A stretch of DNA of 64,000 nucleotides. Source: Trichoplax sp. H2 (lineage: Eukaryota). Made by a program: the position numbers and the translations under genes. The DNA is taken from NCBI GenBank assembly GCA_003344405.1, contig NOWV01000126.1:62001-126000 (forward strand). Direction: 5' to 3'. The notes below the pieces were generated by a model. That model was given only the letters and a program-made list of their open reading frames with translations, did not search any database and had not been told where the DNA came from. This document shows, piece after piece, positions 54,596-64,000 of the stretch. Positions within the stretch are counted from its first letter, which is position 1; every line of letters starts with the position of its first letter.

Positions 54596-55011
54596 TGTAA
54601 GACAGTGTAATATTGTATTCTAAGTTGATGATATATCTAGTAATGTCTACCGTAGGTGTTGTGTTCAACATGTGATAGATATACTCGTTAGTAGCTTAAG
54701 TATTAAATATAGCTAGCTTAGTAGCTGTAATCCTTTTGAAGAGGAGCGCTACATTGCTCACACTAGAGCTTCACGTGAAAGGTGTAAACTAGCCTGTATT
54801 TGAGATGCTAATACCGAAGTGTGTAGTAAGTAAGGTGCTAAGACTGTAAACGCGAAAAGGTATATAAGCGAGTAGTTTAGTATAGTAAGTTAGTTCTTTC
54901 TCGTTAGAGGTCCTCAGCTAATCGATTACGTTGTATCTTCGTAAAGGAGGTTTTGTTCAATAAATCTTAATTTTCCAAAGTTTTGAAGATTCTTGATCTA
55001 TCAACCTCACA
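54596..55011 (+). mobile_element. Solo LTR (416 bp), distantly related to family A
   Basis: TGTAAG...CTCACA, exact TSD AACAT (54591-54595 and 55012-55016), GGTATATAAGC at ~54860 and TTCAATAAATC at ~54956. Confidence 0.85.
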
Positions 55012-55996
55012 AACATCAAAATTTTTAGCCTTAAAAATAACACTCTAACTACTTAACAATCAACACAACCTCTACCATTTGCCATCTTACTTTCTATTTT
55101 CTCAACTAAACTTTCCTAATGTAACTTTCATGTCACGTCAAAAAATTCCAAAGTTTCAAATTCACAACAAAAAGTTTGAATTCCAAAAATCAACTCTTGC
55201 AACTTTTTCTAAAATTAAAATCCAAAAATTTTACATGACTACTATGATTACTTTTCTTACATTAGTATTGACAATTGATGTTTTAGCTTGAAGATGTACG
55301 GTAACTGTACGATTTTAACCTACACTACAGCACTATACTGTCATGCTACAAATCTCCTATCTCTATGGATGGGGTTTTCTTACTGAGTCAAATTCATTTA
55401 CAATCCTAATAGACCATCAAACGCCCTTTGTTTAGATTAGGCAATTGGTCTTAGGTAATTCCTATAGTAATTTGTACTATACTTTGTAAAATAGTCTAGA
55501 AGAAAATATGGTGACGTCATGATTTGGCAGGGTAAAACTTAAAGATACCATCGCTTTCTAGGTATTTTCTATAGTTAATTAGCGTAACGAATTTCATGTT
55601 TTACTTATTACTTGATAAGAATATTAAGCATTCAATATGGAAACTGCTGATCGTGTGTAAATATCAAGATTACTAATACACCACATATTGGATTTGATAT
55701 TCAAATTCCATAATTGAATATTAATATCTATAAATTGCGTTAGTGTTAATAATTTGAAAACTTCATGGCTTGTTGAATCGAACGAAAGAGTTAATGTAAA
55801 ACGTAATATCGGTACAAAATTTTCAACCATTGTAGCTGCATCTAAGGGTTTATCATTGGCAAGTTTTTAAGTGACGATTATACGAAAGAATCCTACGTAT
55901 TGAAGTAATATCTTAAAGTCTAATAAATACTTTCTCAGTTTCATAAGTCGAAATAGGATTACAGATAACCGCTTCTCTCATAGATAATTATACCCT

Positions 55997-56438
55997 TGTC
56001 ACAAACCAGCTTCGTGACAAGGATAACGTAAAACTAATCTCTAAATTACTATAGTCTTCCGGAATTCAGTATCCCTTAACTACCTCACAAGAATTTAGAC
56101 GCCTTTGATTCTACGTTAAAACAACTATACAATTGAGAACTGCTTTATTCAACTATCTGACGGGCTTATATACCCTTCTACAGCAGCTAACATTCACAAG
56201 TCATCTTATAAAAATACTTAGGTGAGAACATCTACTAACTAATTCTTCACAGTCGGACTACAATATGTCCATTCACAGAATCATTTTAGTGCACATTACA
56301 GCACAGCATTAAATTTACTGTAACACATTCATAATTAGAGTAATTCCTATTGTAAGTAACTAGTTGTAATATATTATCACTATAATATATTAACCAAATT
56401 TAGATAGCTATTTCTTCACGGTAGTTCGTACCGTGACA
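55997..56438 (-). mobile_element. Solo LTR (442 bp)
   Basis: TGTCAC...GTGACA inverted termini, exact TSD ACCCT (55992-55996 and 56439-56443). Minus-strand TATATAAG at ~56165-56172 is followed by AATAAA at ~56144. Confidence 0.85.
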
Positions 56439-57691
56439 ACCCTGTATAAAGTTTTCTTTCCAGGAAAGGTTTTAATTCAATTGTTGCTATTGTAATCATA
56501 ACAGATACAATAAATGATTTCTATTCCCTGATTTGTAATTTCTGCCGTAATTGTACATCGTCAGTAATTGAACCAGGGATAGAATTTTTTATTTAAAGTG
56601 TACAAAATACGATATTATTTGATGCTGCCATGATGATATTTCAGTATATAAAGAGGTTAGCTAAATATCTAGTACTTGTTATCAAGTAAAATTGCTTAGG
56701 GCTGTTCAATTCGCCATATAAATGTTATAATAGTGGCATCTTCATAATGAACAATGCAGAATTCACACTTGCGCAAGAAATACCTCATTTAGTCCATAAA
56801 GCTATTCTTTTTCTATTCACTATCTGATCGCGTATAATATATTTTAGTTAGTAAATATAAGGCTTTCCATATATACTAAACTTACCAATTAACAGTTCTG
56901 TGAGTTTTACCGTGCTATACAAGTACCATATAAGGCGTTTTAAAGTATACTAATATAAAACAATATTTTTGAATTAAAGAATTGTATAGGCTAGCTTAAG
57001 ATGAAACATTCATATGCAAATTAAAGAATTTTCGATATAAGGGTTAATTGTATGATAAAATTTCTGCGATAATCGATAAAAGGCTACTTTGATTATCATA
57101 TTGAGGGCCGAATTCACCTTATTAATAATATATTGAGAGAGCTCCTTTATTTACAACTTTGTTGCTCTACAAAAGGCTACAATTTGAGGCTCATAAGAAT
57201 CCTAATGAAATTGTTATATAAGTTGCAGGAAATTATTAGTGTATAAAAGAACTCAAATCTTCCCGTAATTGTTGCTTATTTCTAAGAGTATCGAAGTATT
57301 TGATATATAATACTACGTTTGTCATAATCCAGTTTTCTGGCGGTCTACGTATATAGGTTACAGCCAAAACCCGAAGTTGGCCAATATTTACAATATAAAA
57401 CATTATTGACCATTAACCGCGTGGTTTATTAATTTATTTTGAAATCTTGATCAATAAACAGTATAATTTTTGTTTGAATAGTGAACAAAGATAGCCAATT
57501 AAATTCTGTAGGATAACCTATAAAAGTAACGCGAGCTGTTGTTAGGGTACGATTTATGCAACTTTGCTAAGGATCGTTCTAGTTTGCAACAAAGCGAGAC
57601 AAGTTTCAATCCATTTATATTTGCTGATTAATCTTTCTTCCATTTTGTATTTTGTACTAACATTTAATCATTTAGTTAGTTATTATTTGCA

Positions 57692-58081
57692 ATGGCATCG
57701 AATAATGATATGAAAAGGAAATTCGATGGAGAGCTCTTAAAGCAGTCGAATACGAAAGGTAGCAACTCCAAAATTTTCACTCTCGATAAGTATAAAGCTC
57801 TAATCGAAGAAGTGAAAGCAGCTAAGCCGACAAATAAGAAGACTTCAACGGAATATCGTCGCTTGGCTCGCTTTGATGTCATCCAAGTTGAAGAGTTAGA
57901 AAAATTGATAGAGCCTATCAAGAAGGACCAAAATATCTGGTACTTCTTGTATACAGATGAAACATTTGACATCATACATGAAATACACTTGAGGGTTGGT
58001 CACGGTGGAAGAAACCGTATGGTAAAAGAATTGAACCTCAAATATAAAATTTTACGAAAGAAATAATTATTCTGTACATCG
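57692..58081 (+). pseudogene. Truncated Ginger2/KRABA2(SCAND3)-like integrase-transposase N-terminal fragment
   Basis: RFDVIQVEELEKLIEP...YFLYTDETFDIIHEIHLRVGHGGRNRMVKELNLKYK carries the HxxxGHxG half of the integrase H2C2 zinc finger typical of this family. Restoring one base after KYK continues it as (N)FTKEIIILYI. It breaks off before CxxC and the DDE core. Confidence 0.75.
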
Positions 58082-59049
58082 GTTTTCTAAAATTTGGAAA
58101 AATAAGGGCTTTATTGAATCTTATACTAAGATTAACTACATGCAGCTCTACTCTAGCCGAATACTACTACTATAGATTTCTACAACGAACTAACAGAATA
58201 ATCTAAAGTTGCATTAACAATAGAGGTTGTTAATTAATTATCTTATATGAAGTCTTTAATGGCAATATTCATAATAATTCCTATAACTTTAAAAGGATAG
58301 TTTTATTTTATGTGCACCAGGAGTTTCTGACGAGACTATAAAAGGCTGGTGCCTGAAGATTCCTTTTTAGTTAGTTAGTCGGTTGGATAGTCAACTAGTT
58401 TCTCAATTGATATTTAATTGTAAAGACTATAATCTTGGGTGCCGAGATTCCTTCAGTATTAAATGATAGTAAATCTCTGAATTTCTCGTCTACACTATCT
58501 GTGACGCTATAACTATACCACAGTATTCGGTCGTTGGAACTGAATTATTTGGTGATATAGCTAATCTCGCCTCTTTAAGTTAGTAAGTGGCGTTCTCCGC
58601 AAGGATTGGTGTGTGTTGACTACTTTGTCACTAGTGGTGTGTAACATGCATGCTTTTATACTTTTCGTAGCATTCGCAGCTACAATCCGTAACGCAACCT
58701 TTTAACTTATATTACAAATAGTGAAATTATTCTTAGAACACTATTCTACTGCGAACCATCATTAATCCAATATGGATATGACTACAGTACTTACGTAGAC
58801 ATTATTCACACCAGCCAAAGTACAATGAATTAACCATATCTTAATATCTGATTTACAGTTCTATTTTTACCTATAGCCTTATTAGTAACTCAGCACCTCA
58901 CTGTATATAGTCATCTGTACTCTAGCATAGAGTCTATACTACTAGAGTCTATAGTTATAGCTACCAAATATCTCTTAGGATAAGTATCTACCGTACATTA
59001 TACTATACATGGCTAACAGTCTACATTCACAATACTAAGTTATATTACA
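58082..59049 (-). mobile_element. Inverted family A LTR copy, interrupted by a nested element
   Basis: 58082-58213 and 58647-58840 are reverse-complement matches to ~47410-47730, and ~58958-59049 matches 47317-47408. There is an extra ~115 bp at 58841-58957 relative to the 47 kb copy. Confidence 0.88.
58214..58646 (+). mobile_element. Nested solo LTR (433 bp) inserted in the family A copy
   Basis: The empty site is known from the 47 kb copy (AAAGT-TGCA-TGCTTT). Here TGCA is duplicated (58210-58213 and 58647-58650). Ends T(-)TAACA...GTAACA; TATAAAA at 58337. Confidence 0.82.
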
Positions 59050-60438
59050 ACAGGCTATTAAGATCTGGCGAAAATATACTACAATAAATTCTATTATATA
59101 ATAGCAAGAGCTACGCTTTTCTTTTCATTTTTTTATGAAGCAGCTCCAGGAACTACTCTTCTTAATCAAAGTCTTAAAATCAATAGCCCATACGGTATTA
59201 TAATCTGTAGAACAGTTTTATTCAGTGAACTTATGTTGAGAAGGAAATTTGCATGGCTGCCGTACCATAATTTCCATACGATAACTTATCTGGGAATGTG
59301 TTGATATTAATTTATTTATGACGTTACGCATACTTTAATAGATAATTGCATAATTTGACGATGTTATCTACGTATTGATAATCAATATTTAGGTAGATTG
59401 GCTATAAATAAACTGGTTTTTTAATTAAATTTGGTTTCAGTTTTGTATTAGAGAGACTAGTGATGTAACTGTTGCTCCTACCGATGAGAGATCCTCAGTA
59501 TTTGGAGTTATACAGTAAGTAAATGCCGGTTAACAAACCTGACTTTAGCCTCGTAGCTTTAGTTTTTCGTAGTAGTTTAGCTTTTTCTTGCTACAAATTT
59601 CTATTTCTAACAACCCCCAAACCGCTATTTGATTAATATCATCAGGTTTATAGTCAATAAATGCACTTGCGAATGAATGATGTCTTAACTGAGAAATACC
59701 AAGTCACTTATTTGATTAAGTGATGAATTATAACCACGATACGATCATCATATTTTCTTACATTATAGCGCTCAAATACTGCAAACATCAATGTTTCTAT
59801 AAATATGAATTGCAAATAAGATAGTACTTTTACAGGCTTTCTACGCTCTTCCAATATCATTTATTCTCTTCATAGCTATTTCGGCATGCAAGATTGATTG
59901 GTAATTTTATTAGCTTGATCAGCCAGTCATTTTACAAAGTACTTAATCGCATTTCTATAGCTACCATATACGTGCTACAGTAATTCTTTCTTGAGATGTT
60001 ATCAGACATTGCGGATCATTTATTACAGTTGATCAAAAGCATTTAGTGAAATGATTACTAAAAAAGTTATTTATCTGTAAAACGATTTCTTTGTTGACAA
60101 TATTACTTCAAATTACTAGCCATATCTAGTGATATATACTGTCCTTACGTGCTTTTTCTAAACCTTTAATGACCTTGGAAATGAAATCGAATTAGTAAAG
60201 CTCTATTTTTCGTTCATATCTATGCGGCTATAATTATTACTGCAGGATTGAGCTGCAAAGAGAATTATTCCTGAAGGTAGTTATGATTCTACATGTTTTA
60301 TATATTTTCCAAATAATCTGTTTATACTTACAACGACGTTTTATTACTGTACTAGTTAATGATTTCTCTGACTTAGACTTCAATTTTGCTTAGAAATAAT
60401 GATCGTTTATAATTTCCTTTGAAGTTATTGTACTATAT

Positions 60439-60855
60439 TGTAGTGCAGCCCAAATATAGCTTAAGATTATATACAGTATGTGTGAATATCGTGCATGCCG
60501 TAATTACTAGGCTAATTAAGATAGATACCCTTGTATAGGTGCTAGATCGTAGAGTGAGATTAAATATGTGAGGATTTGTATTAGTAATTGCAATACGGAT
60601 TGTAAAAGTTATTAGTCATACTGTTTGGCACCTCCAGGAACGCTAGAGGTGTGATGTTAGCCTTATTAAGGTAGATAATGATTTATGTGTCACGAAGATA
60701 CTCTGCACATAATTGTATATAAGCAGGAGATTTTATCTCCGAAGACAGAGTAGCCATAGATAATCTAGTCCTTGGTAGAAGACGTAATTATTGTAATAAA
60801 GCGATTTTCCTTCAAGTTGTGGAAGTCGTTGCATTTCGATAGACACTTTATTACA
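60439..60855 (+). mobile_element. Solo LTR (417 bp)
   Basis: TGTAGT...ATTACA, TSD TATAT (60434-60438 and 60856-60860), TATATAAG at ~60716 and AATAAA at ~60795. The U5-like tail resembles those of the 47.3 and 54.6 kb elements. Confidence 0.8.
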
Positions 60856-63581
60856 TATATTAATGCAATGAGAGTACAATATTTTGTGAAATGTTGAAAT
60901 TGATGAATTAAAGTCTTATTGTTATGCTTTAGCTATTATAGTAAAAGCTTTTGTAATGAGATAAAAATACTTCTATAAAGCGAATGCCAAAATTAAATAT
61001 TCAATTGCGCTACCATCAATAATATTTATATTTTTAGATTATTTAACGCGATATTATTATTGCGCATTGATAATAACTGGTAACCTTGAAGGACTATTAA
61101 TATCTTTTAAGAAAGCTATCGATTTTAAAATTAGGGTAATTTTTATAGCTATTACTATATTAAAGAGTTCGAAAAGTTATGTTGGTGCTAGGATGAATAA
61201 AATTGTTCTAACAATACAGGAATGAAACTCTAAGGAGGGCAAATGGGTAACGGTGATTGTTGCCTTACATGTATTCACCAAAAGTCAGCAGGCACTCGAC
61301 TGAATAGTTTTCTTCACTTAGTATACAGTAATATATACTTTACGAACTTTTACTTGACTTAAATGCTTAAGACTTATGTAGTTTAACTTTTAATAATTGA
61401 ATTCGTACGGTCTTGATTTATAAGTTTAAAGATGCAAGTTTTATTAGATCTTACGTGATAAATTGTGAGTCATAACCTTAATATAGGGACTGCACTGTTT
61501 AGAATCATATGTTCGAAATATGAACAATATTAAACAAAGCAATGATCATTATAAAAAGTGGACATTTAAAGCGGAATCCATTTTATAATTTGCAAGTTAC
61601 TTGCTGACATTAAATAAGTAATAGGAGAAAAAGAAAAATCTAATAGCTGCTGTTTTATGATAATTGTCTTAATCTATCGGGTTTCAATTTATTAAAATTA
61701 TTTTCAATTCAATTAAAGTTACTGTCAACTAATTAAGTAAATAAAATCTTATATGTAACGAATTAAATCATTTAAATGCTAATATGGCGATGAACTAAAA
61801 GTTTATAACAGAATTAAAACCTAGGCTAAGCCGTTACCATTTTTAGTAAAACTCGTATGTTTTGGGTAATAATTAGCCGAATTTTGAGGTATTAGTACTG
61901 CTTGTAATTTCACGTTGCAGTGTATTTGTGGAATGATAAAATAAGCTGCTGGTTTTTGGTCAATTGCCATACTATAAATTACAAGGATTTGTGTATTTTA
62001 TATATAATGAACAGCTAATGTCGAAACTAATTCAATAAAGGAGTTACTACATGATGAATACGTATACTGTATTAGAAATATATTTTGGATAGGCATTATA
62101 TAAATCCAAAAAATATTCCAGATAATTCATGATATACTCGATACAAATACAAGTAAAAATTTCTTAAAGCTATCATTTTAGATTTTCTATCTTAAATTAA
62201 TTTAGGAAATAAAATATCTTGTATACAGCTCATTAAATTTCAAAAACTTCTTAAAAACCCTTCAACGTATGTTGTAGTCTCAGCTAATTATAGTAGTTAT
62301 TGAAGTACGCTAGCATTAAGAAGCAGAATAGTCTACTAATTAGGTAATTTCATGATTGCTGATGATGATACGGTGTACTTATACTATTCGTGCTATATGT
62401 TTATAAGGCCGCAGTAGTCGACTATATAAGATGATGTTTTTATGTAATGTCTTAATATAGCTGTTAGATAATATGGAATTGTTATCGTGGAGACGAACCT
62501 GATTATTCGGTTTATCATAACCATTTTCGACTGTTATTATGAGGTACGAAAAGGGGAGTCTTCTCTTGTCGAGCGTTCTATCTGTAAACGGTTACTTTTA
62601 AGATTAAACGCGGCGTTTGCCTGATCTTGTATTAGGTTAGAGATTTGCTTACTTTTAGTAATTCAGATTTTAAGATAGACAATTGCAAACTTGAGGGGTT
62701 ATAAAACCCAGCACTTCAGCTTGAAACTTTCTTATACTACAAGTTTACGTATGCATCAAATTGCACGCAGAAATATATCTTGAGCAGTAGGTGTAAATAC
62801 GACAACACTTGTATGATAAGAACTACTATTGCCTTCGTTTTAAATTCTCCCATATTCTTTTACAAGCTTAAAGAACCGGTCGTTTATATTATAAGAATTC
62901 ATAAATGAAAACTTTGATTCATGTTAAAAAATAGCTGTTAGATTTATGAAAATTTCTAGGTAATTCCATCTGCTCAGTAATACTCCAAAAAATTCTAAAA
63001 GCATTCAAGAATTTTAGGCTACTTTATGTAAGCTATAGAATTAATATAAAATATGTTACGGACTAAAATTTCACGAAGTATACTAAAGAAAATGAGAAGA
63101 CATACTTTCTCTTCTATCATTACCACTGCTATACCGCTACGCCGATAATAAATACAGGGACTAATCTAAAGTAAAGTCCCTGGGCAATGTACTATAAAAG
63201 AACTATGCTTCTTTTAGTATTCCCTAGCCAACTACAGTAGTCAGTGTACCACACGAAGAACTCGAAGAAATCGCTAAAAGCGCCTTACTCATCAATTGCA
63301 CGGTCTTAAATAGATTTTTAACATTATGATGGCTCCGACCGCAAGCAGAGTTATAATTTTAGTAAATTTTTCAATAAATGATGCTAATGCATCCAAAATG
63401 TATCCATTATTACTAGCAAAGACTAATAAAAGTCTTATATTAGTTATAATAATGCTAATGTTGAATCAATCGGAATAAAAATCTAATATTCCGATCTAGA
63501 AATGTCATTAAAAGGTTCTTATATTTTTATGAATGAATAACCGTGTTTATCTCAGATTTTGCTCGCTCCAACATTTTTGGT

Positions 63582-64000
63582 TGTTGTAGTGTATTTAGAA
63601 TATACTGTAACTATATTCTACTCGTAAATATAGACATGTTGTATTGCTCTTATATTTAGACAGATCTACAGTCCGCTTATTCTACATTCATATATAGACT
63701 ACTGTATTTAGTTATTACGGTACTCGCTGTTTTCTACAATCATCTGCTATTTTGTAACCTGTTATGGTATTTGTTGTATCTAATTCCACAATCCTATTCT
63801 CTGCATGTGCTCTATCTTTTAAACTATAAATACCGGCGATTTCTACCTCAGAGTTCGTTAGCCTCCCAGTTAGTCTTCTAGTTAGTCTCTCACAGTCTAA
63901 TACTTCTACTCGTTACTCACGACAGCTTGCACGCTGATCTACCGTAACTACCTCACTGTACTTCACATTACTAACCTACTATAAAGCATAACTTTTATAA
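63582..64000 (+). mobile_element. Probable LTR running off the window end
   Basis: Starts TGTTGTAGTG (compare TGTAGTG at 60439). CTATAAATA at ~63824 is followed by GTTAG/AGTCT-rich R-like sequence as in the other elements. The right end and TSD are not visible. Confidence 0.5.

Noticed and set aside
62270-62810. Another LTR-like segment (TGTTGTAG start, TATATAAG at ~62423)
   Set aside because: No matching CA end with an exact TSD could be fixed.

Overview
AT-rich eukaryotic (animal) genomic DNA with short spliceosomal introns and single-exon GPCRs. The style is consistent with a placozoan such as Trichoplax, but that is an inference. The left third is gene-dense: the 3' part of INTS10 (+), MRE11 (-, convergent with INTS10) and GSK3 (+, divergent from MRE11). 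Between MRE11 and GSK3 is an unusual ~4 kb spacer containing a palindrome-saturated GTAC/ACAGT repeat domain, a promoter-like motif cluster, a decayed-looking reading frame broken only by TAA/TAG, and a poly-G tract at an assembly gap. The rest is gene-poor: two divergent class A GPCRs, a two-exon four-EF-hand calmodulin-like gene, and several decayed coding relics. From 35 kb to 64 kb I find about ten 0.4-0.55 kb solo-LTR-like elements (TG...CA ends; most with exact 4-5 bp target-site duplications and an internal TATA, several with AATAAA). These include a three-layer nest inside a Ginger2/KRABA2-like integrase relic and an apparently haplotype-polymorphic insertion at the second assembly gap. 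All calls come from reading the sequence by eye; no searches were run.
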